A stretch of 53,269 nucleotides of DNA from a virus (taxonomy: Duplodnaviria; Caudoviricetes). Made by a program: the position numbers and the translations under genes. Where the stretch lies: IMG/VR virus record IMGVR_UViG_3300022752_000099, positions 1 to 53,269 of that record; one strand, 5' to 3'. Within the stretch, counting starts at the first letter, position 1. Every line of letters starts with the position of its first letter. Under the pieces are notes generated by a model. That model was not told the origin of the DNA and did not search any database. It saw nothing but the letters and a program-made list of their open reading frames with translations. Shown here piece after piece: positions 10,064 to 20,542 of the stretch.

Positions 10064-10606
10064 ATGGCATTACCAAATTCAACTGTACAAAATGTAGTAG
10101 CAAATCAATCAGATGTATTGCTACCAAAAACTCTAGAACCTGAAATAGTAGATTATTTGAATGCAGCATTGGCCGAAGAATATACTGCGCACTACTTTTA
10201 TCGAGCAGCATCAAATTGGGCTCAAGGCGTTGCTTACACAAAAGCAGCAGCATTTTTTGCAGGAGAAGCAGCCGCGGAATTGGAACATGCTGAGAAACTG
10301 CAAAAGTATTTGGTAGATTGGAATTGCAGCCCAGTATTACCGACAGTTAAGTTCTCAGGTAAATTTGATAGTTTAATTGATGTTGTAAATAAAGCATACG
10401 CTATTGAATTTAAATTGGGAGACAAATACAATGAAATGTCTGCTGATATTTTCTCAAAGCATCTTCCTACATTTGATTTTTTACAGGAATTTAGAAACAT
10501 TCAGACAGAATCTATTGCAGAGTTTTCAGATAAGTTGAATGCTGCGCAGTTAATTGATGTTAATAGTAAACTGGATCTGCTTCATTATGAAGAACGATAC
10601 TTCTAA
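10064..10606 (+). CDS. ftn: ferritin-like protein
   Basis: EEYTAHYFY, ELEHAEKL, AYAIE, Q..SIAE ferroxidase-type four-helix pattern. Confidence 0.85.
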   Translation: MALPNSTVQNVVANQSDVLLPKTLEPEIVDYLNAALAEEYTAHYFYRAASNWAQGVAYTKAAAFFAGEAAAELEHAEKLQKYLVDWNCSPVLPTVKFSGKFDSLIDVVNKAYAIEFKLGDKYNEMSADIFSKHLPTFDFLQEFRNIQTESIAEFSDKLNAAQLIDVNSKLDLLHYEERYF

Positions 10607-12365
10607 TTTTATAGATTTAGATTCAATTTTAGAATCGAAATCTGAAACGAAACCGGAAATAATTTCCGAGTCCGCAATTGCAACTGCATCAGAAAGTACC
10701 ACACCTGATATTGAAATGATATTGACTGAATGGGCCTGGAGATGTGATAAAGGATATCCGGTATGGGGCGATGTCAACGACATGAAAGTTTTACAACAAT
10801 TGTTACATGAAATGAAAGTGGATATTCAGTTGATTGACATCAGTCAATTGAACGAGTCTACTGCATTAGCCGAATCCAATACACCGGACATGAAAGAAAG
10901 TTTAGCAATTTTCTTTGCAACGTTGTCATCAAAATCTTTAGATTCAATTCAAAATAAAATTATCAGTAAAAGTGATGTTAAACTTTCATTGAAGGTACCT
11001 AACTCAGCATCACCATATTACGGTTCTAAAGGATTCGCTTTATTGAATTCTGCAGTCGATTATTTGAATTTGAATGTAATTGATTCTGCTACCGGTAAAT
11101 TGTATTTGAATGCAATTTCAATTGCAAGAAAACTTCAAAAAACTTTTGGCGGTCCTGTATTGCAAAGTGTAATTGATAGAGGTAGAGATTACAATGTGAT
11201 TCGATCCAATGCTAAAAAAGTTTCCGGAGTATCGTATCCTGACAAATGGTGTCCAGCTGACATTTACATTTATAATGATAATAAGAGTAAAAAGATTGCG
11301 CAGTCTGCCAAGACATTGAATGTAGGTGAAAACAGTTTGAATGCAGCATTTAGTACTGAATTCGGGCCCGGCTCTGGAATTGTAGCAATTTCATTGAAAG
11401 AGCAGGAAGCTCAAGCCGGTAAGGCTACAGCATTTCGACAGATATTGAATAGAAATGAAAATTATCCTGCAGCCACTGAACTTTCTTCGGATGACAAGTA
11501 TACGATGGAATTGTTGTACAATTTAAATCAAAGTGTAACTCCAACGAAACCGACTCCGGATAAGTTGAAAATAGGTTACATAGCCGAAGCAGTTCGTTTA
11601 ATGGATGCATTGAAAATTGACTCATCAAACAAACTTAGAACTTCATTGCAGCGTACATTGGATGCAACATTCAATAACAAATCTAATGCATATAGAGGTC
11701 CGAAAGGAAACTACAATAAAGATGCTGCTAGAAAGTCGTTCGCAGATATGAATTTGAGTTCAATTAAATTTGATCCTAAATTGAAAAATAACATCGATGC
11801 GTTTGCAGAATCGATACACAATAAAGCTGAAACGGTATATAAAGATTCTAGAAAAACATTCCTATCAACTTTAAATAATTTCAAATTTAAAGTTACTGGA
11901 ACTAACGTGGCTCCAAGTAAAATGTCGGCGGAAGTTTTATATAAAAAAGCTTCATGTTATTTGGTTGCTGATTATCTTTTGAATGGATTGAATAGTAGCA
12001 ATTTGGTAGTACCAAAAGAATACGTTACATTAGCATCACAGAAAAATGCTTTTGTTGCTTTAACATCATATGCAATCGGCCAATCAGGTATATCACCCAC
12101 GTTTTTCAAATTAACCGGTAAGTCTAATGGAAGTGATGCTTCAGTTGAAGCGTTTTACGGATCCGGGTTCATGGATTTGGAAGCTGGTAGTATGAATGTG
12201 ATTGATTCACCGAACAATAAAGGATTTGACGTTCGATTCAATGCTATGGTTAGAAAGTCACCAAAAACTTCCTCAGAAATTTTAACTAGATATGCAGTGT
12301 TATTGTCATTCAGATATGCAGGTGACACTTTAAATATTGAAGTTTCCGAACTTAAGGAAGTTTAA
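10584..12365 (+). CDS. large hypothetical protein, possibly PD-(D/E)xK-like; start uncertain
   Basis: Long ORF; KWCPADIYIY...IVAISLK resembles a restriction-endonuclease-like core (weak). Confidence 0.6.
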   Translation: MMKNDTSNFIDLDSILESKSETKPEIISESAIATASESTTPDIEMILTEWAWRCDKGYPVWGDVNDMKVLQQLLHEMKVDIQLIDISQLNESTALAESNTPDMKESLAIFFATLSSKSLDSIQNKIISKSDVKLSLKVPNSASPYYGSKGFALLNSAVDYLNLNVIDSATGKLYLNAISIARKLQKTFGGPVLQSVIDRGRDYNVIRSNAKKVSGVSYPDKWCPADIYIYNDNKSKKIAQSAKTLNVGENSLNAAFSTEFGPGSGIVAISLKEQEAQAGKATAFRQILNRNENYPAATELSSDDKYTMELLYNLNQSVTPTKPTPDKLKIGYIAEAVRLMDALKIDSSNKLRTSLQRTLDATFNNKSNAYRGPKGNYNKDAARKSFADMNLSSIKFDPKLKNNIDAFAESIHNKAETVYKDSRKTFLSTLNNFKFKVTGTNVAPSKMSAEVLYKKASCYLVADYLLNGLNSSNLVVPKEYVTLASQKNAFVALTSYAIGQSGISPTFFKLTGKSNGSDASVEAFYGSGFMDLEAGSMNVIDSPNNKGFDVRFNAMVRKSPKTSSEILTRYAVLLSFRYAGDTLNIEVSELKEV

Positions 12366-12439
12366 TTGAATTTTTAATCGCTTAAACAAGATAGTTATAC
12401 CAAATTTCACCATATTTATATTAGATAACAAAAAAAACT

Positions 12440-12736
12440 ATGAAACTCACAGAATTCAAAAAATTAATCCGCGAAGAGGTTAAAAAAGTACTAAAGGAAG
12501 CCAAAAACGAAACCGTACTATTCTCAGGATATAAAAAATTTATGGATAGTAAGGCTGTTTTAAAGGTATTTGCAGACCATGGGGTAGATAAGTCAAAAAT
12601 GAAAAGAACGTATGATTGGGATAGTGATACGGTTGAATTGGTAGTGAATATTAATTTTAATACCGCAAAAAAAATTGGCGATGCGTTAGAAAAAATAGAT
12701 CGTAACGAAATGTATGGCGGTTGGATTGTTGATTGA
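12440..12736 (+). CDS. small protein with MKLTEFKKLIREEVKKVLKE tag
   Basis: Shares its N-terminus with the ORFs at 34278-35797; ATATTTAT upstream. Confidence 0.75.
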   Translation: MKLTEFKKLIREEVKKVLKEAKNETVLFSGYKKFMDSKAVLKVFADHGVDKSKMKRTYDWDSDTVELVVNINFNTAKKIGDALEKIDRNEMYGGWIVD

Positions 12737-12788
12737 AGTAAGTTAATTGAAGTAAGTTAATTGAAGTAAGTTAATTGAAGTAAGTTAA
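12733..12788. repeat. tandem repeat (TTGAAGTAAGTTAA)x4
   Basis: Four exact 14-bp copies. Confidence 0.97.
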
Positions 12789-12790
12789 TC

Positions 12791-12818
12791 GATGCCCCAT
12801 CCGGGGCATCCTACTTTT
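12791..12818 (+). terminator. GC-rich hairpin, probable terminator
   Basis: GATGCCCC-ATCC-GGGGCATC perfect 8-bp stem followed by CTACTTTT. Confidence 0.6.
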
Positions 12819-12829
12819 CGAATAAATAA

Positions 12830-12861
12830 TTTGTTGATTACGATTGTTTTTACTATATTTA
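12830..12861 (+). promoter_or_regulatory. Bacteroidota-type promoter TTTG-N20-TATATTTA
   Basis: Upstream of queD; same spacing as at 643, 38776 and 40051. Confidence 0.55.
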
Positions 12862-12877
12862 AAGAAATTAAGTTACA

Positions 12878-13354
12878 ATGGCACGTTACGTTTCTACAAA
12901 ACTATTTGACAACTTTTCGGTAGCATTGAGACAACATAAAGCAGCACATTCGCACTGTTGTTTGCTTCACGGTTACGCTTTTAAATTTAAAGTTTGGTTT
13001 GCTTCAATTGAATCTGATATTGATAAACAATTGGATTCTATGAATTGGATTGTGGATTTCGGAGGATTTAAGCCTCAGCCCGTAGGCAATGGGTTGAAAG
13101 ATTGGTTGAATCATATGTTTGATCATACAACTCTTATTGAAAAAGATGATCCATATTTAGATTTGTTTCAACAATTGGAGCAAATGGGACTATTACATTT
13201 ACGAGTAATGGACAAGATGGGTGCCGAGTCGATGGCTAAGTTGGTGTACGATAAATTTAATGATGTGCTGTCAAAAACTGATGCCGGTAGATGCAAGGTA
13301 ATTAAAGTAGAATGCTTTGAAAATGATAAGAATTCAGCGATTTATGAGGAATAA
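12878..13354 (+). CDS. queD: 6-carboxytetrahydropterin synthase
   Basis: CCLLHGY (CxxxHG), WIVDFG, FDH, AE, ECFE T-fold motifs. Confidence 0.9.
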   Translation: MARYVSTKLFDNFSVALRQHKAAHSHCCLLHGYAFKFKVWFASIESDIDKQLDSMNWIVDFGGFKPQPVGNGLKDWLNHMFDHTTLIEKDDPYLDLFQQLEQMGLLHLRVMDKMGAESMAKLVYDKFNDVLSKTDAGRCKVIKVECFENDKNSAIYEE

Positions 13355-13380
13355 ATCAATGACTTCAAATATTTATTGAT

Positions 13381-13935
13381 ATGAAATTGAAATCATTATT
13401 ACCTAAATTACTTACTGAACGATTCCTATCATTATTGTCAGTCGAAGATCGACGTAAATATATAGACGAAGTATGGGATATGTTACAGAAATCGTATGCA
13501 AAAGTGGGCGGATTTAAATCTGCACCTAATAAAGAGGAACTTTTAAAAGAAACTGATTTCTGGAAGTTGGTCAAAAAGAATGGTAAAATAGTTGCAATTG
13601 CTTTGTACAAGTTTAAACGAGGAAGAAAATCAATTGCAGGTGGTACGGATGGCACTGATTTAGGTAAAGAGTGGTTAATGAAAATATTTTTAGAAGACCT
13701 TCAACAAAACAGATCATGGTCTGAAGTATCAGATAAAGTTGAATTGATCAAAACAAAGATGGGTTATTTTAAAATACCGAACAAATTTGTTGAAGACATT
13801 TTAAATAAACCAATCATTTCATTGGACCCGGATGGATATCATTATACTAGAATGATTGCCGGTGAACCGCATACGAAAATGATGGTAGGTCATATTGACG
13901 GATTTCAAGTTCCAGAAGAATTTACAAATGATTAA
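13381..13935 (+). CDS. hypothetical protein with MKLKSLL..LLTE tag
   Basis: 184-aa ORF 4 nt after ATATTTAT. Confidence 0.7.
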   Translation: MKLKSLLPKLLTERFLSLLSVEDRRKYIDEVWDMLQKSYAKVGGFKSAPNKEELLKETDFWKLVKKNGKIVAIALYKFKRGRKSIAGGTDGTDLGKEWLMKIFLEDLQQNRSWSEVSDKVELIKTKMGYFKIPNKFVEDILNKPIISLDPDGYHYTRMIAGEPHTKMMVGHIDGFQVPEEFTND

Positions 13936-14509
13936 ATTGATATACATTCACGGATTTAAATCATCCGGTGAATCTGACAAATCTAGAATGCTTAAACAGG
14001 CATTTCCGAATGCAACGGTTGAAGCTCCTACATTGTCGCCTCGACCTGCTACTGCTATCAGTCAAATAGAATCTATAATTAAACGAAATCCTAGTAACAC
14101 TATATTGGTAGGTACTTCATTGGGAGGATTTTATTCACTGTATTTAGCTAGTAAGTTTGATATACCTGCATTCATTATCAATCCATCTTTGGAACCGAAT
14201 GTTACATTGATTTCAAAAGTAGGAACTCATACTAGATACGGTTCTGATGAAGAGTATGATTTCAAATTGCCGTATATTGATGAATTGGATGAAATGGTGA
14301 AACAGTTGGCTTCAATGCCGAAGCCGGGTAATTTACTGCATTTATATTTGTCAGAAGATGATGAACTATTATCATTTGAAAAATTGGACTCGGTGATACC
14401 GGTAAGAAAATTGACGCGATGGTTCAAATCAGCCGGGCATCGATTTACCAAGTTTTCAGAAGTTATACCAGATATTCAAGAAGTGATTAACGACTTTGAA
14501 AAATCATAA
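13928..14509 (+). CDS. YqiA/YcfP-family alpha/beta hydrolase
   Basis: YIHGFKSS, GTSLGG nucleophile elbow, INP, DELL, GHRF. Confidence 0.88.
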   Translation: MIKLIYIHGFKSSGESDKSRMLKQAFPNATVEAPTLSPRPATAISQIESIIKRNPSNTILVGTSLGGFYSLYLASKFDIPAFIINPSLEPNVTLISKVGTHTRYGSDEEYDFKLPYIDELDEMVKQLASMPKPGNLLHLYLSEDDELLSFEKLDSVIPVRKLTRWFKSAGHRFTKFSEVIPDIQEVINDFEKS

Positions 14510-14538
14510 GATTTCATTAAATTAATAAAAAATAAGTT

Positions 14539-14835
14539 ATGAGTAAATTAGCAAAGCCAATGGGCGATCGAGTATTGGTTAAACTTAAAAAATTCGATCA
14601 AAAGACGGCATCCGGAATCATTATACCTGATTCAGTAAATATTGATGATGTGCGAACTGCAGAAGTAGTTGCAGTAGGCGATGGTTTATTTTCAACATCT
14701 GGACAATTGGTACCGACTACAGTTAAAGTTGGTGATGAAGTTATATTCGGCCCGCATATTGGTATTGAAATAAAACTTTCAGGTGAAGATTATATATTAA
14801 TTCGTGAAGGTGACATTTATTTAATTTGTAGGTAA
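14539..14835 (+). CDS. groES: co-chaperonin GroES
   Basis: PMGDRVLVK, TASGIIIPD, VVAVGDG, VKVGDEV. Confidence 0.95.
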   Translation: MSKLAKPMGDRVLVKLKKFDQKTASGIIIPDSVNIDDVRTAEVVAVGDGLFSTSGQLVPTTVKVGDEVIFGPHIGIEIKLSGEDYILIREGDIYLICR

Positions 14836-14846
14836 TAAAAACAGTT

Positions 14847-15212
14847 ATGCATAAAATATATCATAAAACTATTGATCAAATTGAAGTAGGAGATATAGTG
14901 ACTACTGCCACTAAATGTACCGATTCTGCAATGTTACGAATCGGAGTTGTTTCAAATATTGTTTCAAATATTGTCGATAATATTATTACGATTAAGACAT
15001 TGATACCGACTTATGATAGAAACAATCAATTGATCAAGTATCGACTTAATCAAGTTACCAGAAGTAAACAATATAGACGATATTCTTATGTAATTTATAA
15101 AGGGGATTTATTGAACTCATTTTCACCTGAGGAAATCAACGTATTAAAATCTAGTTACACTAGAATTGGTGGAAATCATGAAACAATTTTTGATTACATT
15201 TCAAATTTATAA
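14847..15212 (+). CDS. hypothetical protein
   Basis: ORF with AGTTATG start context. Confidence 0.65.
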   Translation: MHKIYHKTIDQIEVGDIVTTATKCTDSAMLRIGVVSNIVSNIVDNIITIKTLIPTYDRNNQLIKYRLNQVTRSKQYRRYSYVIYKGDLLNSFSPEEINVLKSSYTRIGGNHETIFDYISNL

Positions 15213-15214
15213 TA

Positions 15215-15970
15215 ATGCCAGTAACTCTAATTTCATCCAATCCGACTTTCACAAAAGATCGAGTTGGTTCTAAAACAGATTGCATTGCAATTGCTGAATT
15301 GTTCGGTAATACTATTCAAGGTGAAGGCATTAACGCCGGAGTTCCTGCAACGTTTCTTCGAGTAAAAGACTGCACTCTCGATTGTGTTTGGTGTGATACT
15401 TTATCAGTATGGAAATTCGGTAACTGGTACACTCACGAAGAGGTATTTGAAATGTTTGAAAAATTCAATTTGATTGAAGCATTTCGAAATGGCCAACATT
15501 TAATTTTGACAGGCGGTTCTCCACTCAAGCAAAGTAAAACTTTAGTTACATTTATTGAAAAGTTTATTGAACGTTATTCATTTAAACCGTATATTGAAGT
15601 TGAAAATGAAGTGGTATTGATGCCGGGTGAATTGACTTTGTATGTAGATTGTTGGAACAATTCTCCGAAATTAGCAAATTCCGGTATGGAGAAATCCAAG
15701 CGATTGAAGCCGGAGTATTTGAAATACATGAGTAGACAAAACAATAGTTGGTTTAAGTTTGTTATTTCGAGTAGATCTGATTGGGATGAAATTGTAGAAG
15801 ACTTTCTACCGCATATCAAAAAAGAACAAATTATTTTGATGCCGTGTGGTGAAAATCAAATTGAACTAAATTCTAGTAGAGAATTGGTTGCAGAACTTGC
15901 AGTAGAACATGCAGTCCGAATGACAGATCGACTTCATGTAACGATTTGGGATAAGAAGACAGGCGTATAA
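15215..15970 (+). CDS. queE: 7-carboxy-7-deazaguanine synthase (radical SAM)
   Basis: TIQGEG, FLR..CTLDCVWCDT, LTGG, SPK, FKFV, RLH. Confidence 0.92.
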   Translation: MPVTLISSNPTFTKDRVGSKTDCIAIAELFGNTIQGEGINAGVPATFLRVKDCTLDCVWCDTLSVWKFGNWYTHEEVFEMFEKFNLIEAFRNGQHLILTGGSPLKQSKTLVTFIEKFIERYSFKPYIEVENEVVLMPGELTLYVDCWNNSPKLANSGMEKSKRLKPEYLKYMSRQNNSWFKFVISSRSDWDEIVEDFLPHIKKEQIILMPCGENQIELNSSRELVAELAVEHAVRMTDRLHVTIWDKKTGV

Positions 15971-15980
15971 TAAAATAGTT

Positions 15981-16616
15981 ATGAGATCATTAGTGTCTAT
16001 AGACTTTGAAACTACTGGACTTAACTTCGTTAACGACTACCCGGTGCAATGGGCCGTTACAAAAATTGATTCAGTACAAGGTAAAACTCAATTTAAAACT
16101 TTATCCGGTTACATTAAGACTGATATTGAAATATCAAGTACAGTGGAACAACTTACCGGTTTGAGTTATGAATTTCTAAATGAAAATGGTGTATCATATG
16201 ATGAAGGTATGTTGCAGTGTATTGAAGCAATAGGATTGTCTCAAGAAAAACCTACCGATTCAATCATATTAGTGGGACATAACGTGTTGAATTTTGACAT
16301 TCATTTTCTTGAAATGGCAGCGGCTAAGCTCGGATATTATATTCCGGATACAAAGTATTATTGGGATACTGCAGCTCATTATAAAGCTCAGCAACTCGGT
16401 CTTAAGAAAGATGTGAACGAGTCTATACGTGAATATCATCAAAGAGCTCTAGGTACTTATGCAAAAGGTATCAAATTTAAATTGCCGATTGTATGTGAAC
16501 ATTTAGGAATTCCGTTGACTGCTCACCATGATGCTGTACATGATGCAAATGCAGCTTTGATGATTGCTATTAAACAGATGTCTAGTTTCCCGGAAGCTAA
16601 AGAACTGTTTGAATAA
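15981..16616 (+). CDS. DEDDh 3'-5' exonuclease (DnaQ-like)
   Basis: DFETTG, GHNVLNFD, HDAVHD. Confidence 0.88.
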   Translation: MRSLVSIDFETTGLNFVNDYPVQWAVTKIDSVQGKTQFKTLSGYIKTDIEISSTVEQLTGLSYEFLNENGVSYDEGMLQCIEAIGLSQEKPTDSIILVGHNVLNFDIHFLEMAAAKLGYYIPDTKYYWDTAAHYKAQQLGLKKDVNESIREYHQRALGTYAKGIKFKLPIVCEHLGIPLTAHHDAVHDANAALMIAIKQMSSFPEAKELFE

Positions 16617-16661
16617 TTCAATTGATATCAATATATTAATATTTCAAAATAAAAAAAAGTT

Positions 16662-17897
16662 ATGATAGCGAAACGACCGATATTTTTCCCGAGCTTTAGT
16701 ACGGGTGAGTTTGCCAATGAATGTAAACAAAATAAAATTTTAGGCGGTAAAGTACCAGTTCGATTTTATTCTAAAGATTTTCCTGAAGAATACAGACATC
16801 CTTACTTTCTAATTACAGCCGGACATTTGTACAAGAAAAAAGACTTTAGAGCTCAATTAGGCTTGGAAGATGCATTTGTAATGGGTGACTCCGGTGGTTA
16901 TCAAATTGCAATGGGTGCTATTAAGTGGGACATGAATATTCGACATGAAATATTTGAATGGTTGGAAAACAATTCAGATCTTGCAATGAATATTGATATT
17001 CCGCCATACGGTGATATGGCCGGTAAGTTTGATCAATGTTTAACTATCAGTGTAGACAATTTCAAATATTTTGCAGACAAGCAGACCGGTAAAACCAAAT
17101 TTCTAAATGTACTTCAAGGTAACAATTACAAGCAAAGATTGAAGTGGTACAATGCTGTAAAAGACTTTGAATTTTCTGGTTGGTCACTAGGAGGTTGTAG
17201 AATTCCGTATCGCTTTTGTGCTGCTATCACTGCATTGGTTCAAGGTAAAGAACATCTAAATCCTAGAAATGAATACATTCACATTCTGGGTACTACAAAG
17301 ATCAATGATTTCTTTTATTTGTCTCAATTGCAAAAATCGCTTTCTGAAGTCGGTTCCAATATGACTGTAACCACAGACTCTAGTTCACCTAGTAGATCGG
17401 TGGCATTTGGTCTTTATTATATTGGTGCCAATTTGAATATTGATTCTTTCAAATCAATTCATATTCCTAAAGCCAATTCTGCAAATAAAAAGTTTGTAGT
17501 TCCTGAATGTATTCAAACGATTTTACCGCATCAATATGATATGCCGATGCCGGTAGTTACTGAATTTGACAAACTGTTATCGCCTCTATATACTTATGGT
17601 GATTGCGTGAACAATGTAAATGACAGTACGATGTACATGTCTATGCACAATTTCATGTTGTATCAGGATGTTATGAAGACGGTATCCAATTACGTTAATC
17701 ATCATGATTATCTGTTATCTCAAGTTTCATCGGCTACTACTAGAAAGGTGATGAAAATTATTGATGAAATTGTTAAGTCTGATGATCCTGAAAAAGTACT
17801 TCATGCAAATGAATCGTATTTGGTTTCATTGAGTACAGTCGTTAACAGATCCAATTCAACTGAATCTGTACATAATGAATTTTTCGATATCAAATGA
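16662..17897 (+). CDS. dpdA: TGT-like transglycosylase, putative DNA 7-deazaguanine insertase
   Basis: DSGGYQ, MNIDIPP, VLQG, GWSLGG, HILG, TDSSS; lies between queE and folE; no evident C-terminal Zn site of tRNA TGT. Confidence 0.75.
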   Translation: MIAKRPIFFPSFSTGEFANECKQNKILGGKVPVRFYSKDFPEEYRHPYFLITAGHLYKKKDFRAQLGLEDAFVMGDSGGYQIAMGAIKWDMNIRHEIFEWLENNSDLAMNIDIPPYGDMAGKFDQCLTISVDNFKYFADKQTGKTKFLNVLQGNNYKQRLKWYNAVKDFEFSGWSLGGCRIPYRFCAAITALVQGKEHLNPRNEYIHILGTTKINDFFYLSQLQKSLSEVGSNMTVTTDSSSPSRSVAFGLYYIGANLNIDSFKSIHIPKANSANKKFVVPECIQTILPHQYDMPMPVVTEFDKLLSPLYTYGDCVNNVNDSTMYMSMHNFMLYQDVMKTVSNYVNHHDYLLSQVSSATTRKVMKIIDEIVKSDDPEKVLHANESYLVSLSTVVNRSNSTESVHNEFFDIK

Positions 17898-17915
17898 TTT
17901 TAATATCTTTAAGTT

Positions 17916-18518
17916 ATGAATAGTAAAACAATACAATTAAAAGAAGGTCAATTAGAACAGGCCGCCGAACAGTTTGGTTTATTTTTGAAAGCGATTGGTT
18001 TTGAAGATTATGAAAACAATCCGCACATGGCTGATACTCCGATGCGAGTGACTAAAGCGTATGTAGAAGATCTTTTCAAAGGATTGTATACAGATGCTCC
18101 GAAAATTACTGCCTTTGAAAATACTAACGGATATGACGGTATAGTTTTTCAGGGTGATGTTGAAGTGAAAAGTTGCTGCTCGCATCACTTCCTACCGTTT
18201 GTCGGTAAGGCGCATGTAGCTTATATCCCGGGCCCGGACGGTAAAGTAATTGGTTTGTCAAAATTGAATAGAATTGTAGAATGGTTCGCGAGACGCCCTC
18301 AGGTTCAGGAAAACCTAACAATGGAAGTTCACAATTATATTGACACCGTATGTACTGGTAATAGAGGCGTTGCTGTTATGATTCAAGCTAAACATATGTG
18401 TGCTTCATGTAGAGGTGTAAATCATGATTCTACAATGATGACTGCAAAATTATCCGGAGCATTTGAAACTAATGATGCTACTAGAAATGAATTTTACAAA
18501 TTTGTGGAACGACTATGA
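17916..18518 (+). CDS. folE: GTP cyclohydrolase I
   Basis: [39 protein letters not shown]. Confidence 0.96.
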   Translation: MNSKTIQLKEGQLEQAAEQFGLFLKAIGFEDYENNPHMADTPMRVTKAYVEDLFKGLYTDAPKITAFENTNGYDGIVFQGDVEVKSCCSHHFLPFVGKAHVAYIPGPDGKVIGLSKLNRIVEWFARRPQVQENLTMEVHNYIDTVCTGNRGVAVMIQAKHMCASCRGVNHDSTMMTAKLSGAFETNDATRNEFYKFVERL

Positions 18519-19462
18519 TTAATGATGATTCTATTTTGATTTTAGGCCTCGGCGGTATCGGTAAATTGTACAATCGAGTTTGCAATACTTTATTGGGTGA
18601 AGATCGAGTTTATACAGTAGATCCAAATCCTGCAGCAGATGCGATGTTCACAGAAATTCCTGAAGGTTGTAAATTTAAATTGGGTATCATCTGTACTCCG
18701 AATTATCTGCATGAAAGTCAAATCAAATTTCTGTTATCAAACAATATCTGTAAAATTGTAATGGTTGAAAAGCCCGGTGTTGTTGATGTAACTATATGGG
18801 AGGAATTGCAGCTTCGATATCCGGATCGACTGATAATGGCTAAAAACAACTGCTATCGACCGGAACTGTATGATGCAATATTGAATAGTCACGGTAAATC
18901 AATTACTTCAATCAATTTGAATTGGATTTGTAAAGATCGAGTCCCTTCACCAGGTTCTTGGTTTACCAATTCAAAACAAAGTTTAGGAGGTGTATCTGTA
19001 GATTTGATGCCACATTTAATTAATGTAGCGACGGAATTGTTAGAACTATTTCCATCCGGGTTCGATCAAGTAACTGACATTACTGCCATTAAACAGCAGT
19101 TATATACTTTATCAGATGTCAATTCCACTGAATACGGTACTATTAATAAAGACGGTATTTATGACGTAGACGATCAAGCTGTATTACAATTCAGATATGA
19201 AAACATTCCAATTACTTTGGTAGCAGCTTGGAAGTCAAATCTTGAAAGCGATTCAATTAAATGGTCAATTACATTTTCCGATGATTCTGTATATGAGATC
19301 GAATTAGGATTATGTCCAGAGACTGCATATGAAAGTATGATTGCAAATATACTGGAAAATCAACACACGGAATGGCATATAGATTTAGACATGTTCACTC
19401 ATAAACTGCTAAGTGCATTTAAAGTGGATTCATTCGACATTCACAATGATACTAGACCTTAA
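18515..19462 (+). CDS. Gfo/Idh/MocA-family oxidoreductase
   Basis: GLGGIG Rossmann, CTPNYLH, VEKP, GGV..DLMPH, VDD. Confidence 0.85.
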   Translation: MINDDSILILGLGGIGKLYNRVCNTLLGEDRVYTVDPNPAADAMFTEIPEGCKFKLGIICTPNYLHESQIKFLLSNNICKIVMVEKPGVVDVTIWEELQLRYPDRLIMAKNNCYRPELYDAILNSHGKSITSINLNWICKDRVPSPGSWFTNSKQSLGGVSVDLMPHLINVATELLELFPSGFDQVTDITAIKQQLYTLSDVNSTEYGTINKDGIYDVDDQAVLQFRYENIPITLVAAWKSNLESDSIKWSITFSDDSVYEIELGLCPETAYESMIANILENQHTEWHIDLDMFTHKLLSAFKVDSFDIHNDTRP

Positions 19463-19488
19463 CATTAAAGTTACAATTGAAATTTTTC

Positions 19489-19516
19489 AAGAACCTTTTT
19501 GTTAAGGTTCTTTTTT
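19489..19516 (+). terminator. hairpin terminator next to a TATATTTA promoter element
   Basis: AAGAACCTT-6 nt-AAGGTTCTT then TTTT; TATATTTA at 19519-19526. Confidence 0.5.
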
Positions 19517-19546
19517 ACTATATTTAACAAAATAAAAAAGTTAGTT

Positions 19547-20524
19547 ATGACACAATTTGAACGAGTAGTCACGTTACATTCATTTAATACTGGAAGTATT
19601 GAAGAAGTGGTATGGGAAAGACCTCATATCAATCCTGATGAGGTAGTAGTAGAAACCAAATTATGCGGTTTCTGTAGAAGCGATGTAGGATCAGTTGCTA
19701 GATTTGAAGCAATGCCGTACAGTGATGCGGAGAATCCTAATGGTAAAATCGGAGGCCTCGGTCATGAAGGTTTAGGCGTTGTAGTAGAAGTAGGTGACAA
19801 TGTTACTGACATTAAAGTTGGTGATGTAGTATCTACATGGGGCGATCCGGCATTTGCCTACAAGTATAATGTAAAGGCGAATGAAGCAATAAAAGTACCT
19901 GAAGTGTCTCCGAAGTACATTTTACAGCCGACTGCCTGTTCAATCAATATTGCAATGAAAACTATTGATGCGTGCAGTAAAATAAATGCATGTAATTCTC
20001 CGAAAATTTTATTGTTAGGAACTGGATTCATGAGTTTGATTATCGGTCAATACTTTAAAAATTGTAACATACAATTTGATGTGGTAGGCTCGGCAAACAA
20101 ACGAGATTGGCATGAATTGTATATTCAATTGAAAACCATCGATCAAATAGCCGGTAATCAGTATGATGCAGTTATTGATTTGACTTCGAAAGCTGCAAAT
20201 TGGGACTTGATTGCAGATCTCAATCTGTTGAAGCCGGAAGGAATTTTGTGTTACGCTTCCACTCCATATACGCCGGTAACAACCAACTTCTTCAAACAAT
20301 GTTGGAATTGTTATACTATCATTATGCCGTCGCCTCGTAATTCAGACTTCGATCAAATTATGCGTAAGACTGCATTACTAATTCGACTTGGAGCAATCAA
20401 TCCAGCACCATATTGGACTAAAGGATATGCAAGGTCTTCAATGGATGAAGTACTTCAAGCATTCACTGATGGATTGAATAGAACCCCGGATTACATTCGC
20501 GGATATATTGATTACACCAAATGA
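19547..20524 (+). CDS. Zn-dependent medium-chain dehydrogenase
   Basis: CGFCRSD, GHEGLGVVVEVG..V..IKVGD, GTGFM Rossmann. Confidence 0.85.
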   Translation: MTQFERVVTLHSFNTGSIEEVVWERPHINPDEVVVETKLCGFCRSDVGSVARFEAMPYSDAENPNGKIGGLGHEGLGVVVEVGDNVTDIKVGDVVSTWGDPAFAYKYNVKANEAIKVPEVSPKYILQPTACSINIAMKTIDACSKINACNSPKILLLGTGFMSLIIGQYFKNCNIQFDVVGSANKRDWHELYIQLKTIDQIAGNQYDAVIDLTSKAANWDLIADLNLLKPEGILCYASTPYTPVTTNFFKQCWNCYTIIMPSPRNSDFDQIMRKTALLIRLGAINPAPYWTKGYARSSMDEVLQAFTDGLNRTPDYIRGYIDYTK

Positions 20525-20542
20525 TTTTATTATCTTTAATTT

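Noticed and set aside
12733-12788. Possible CRISPR array
   Set aside because: Contiguous 14-bp repeats without spacers
16662-17897. Canonical tRNA-guanine transglycosylase for queuosine
   Set aside because: No evident C-terminal Zn-binding motif, no queC/queF/queA, and the context is phage DNA replication; DpdA-like is preferred
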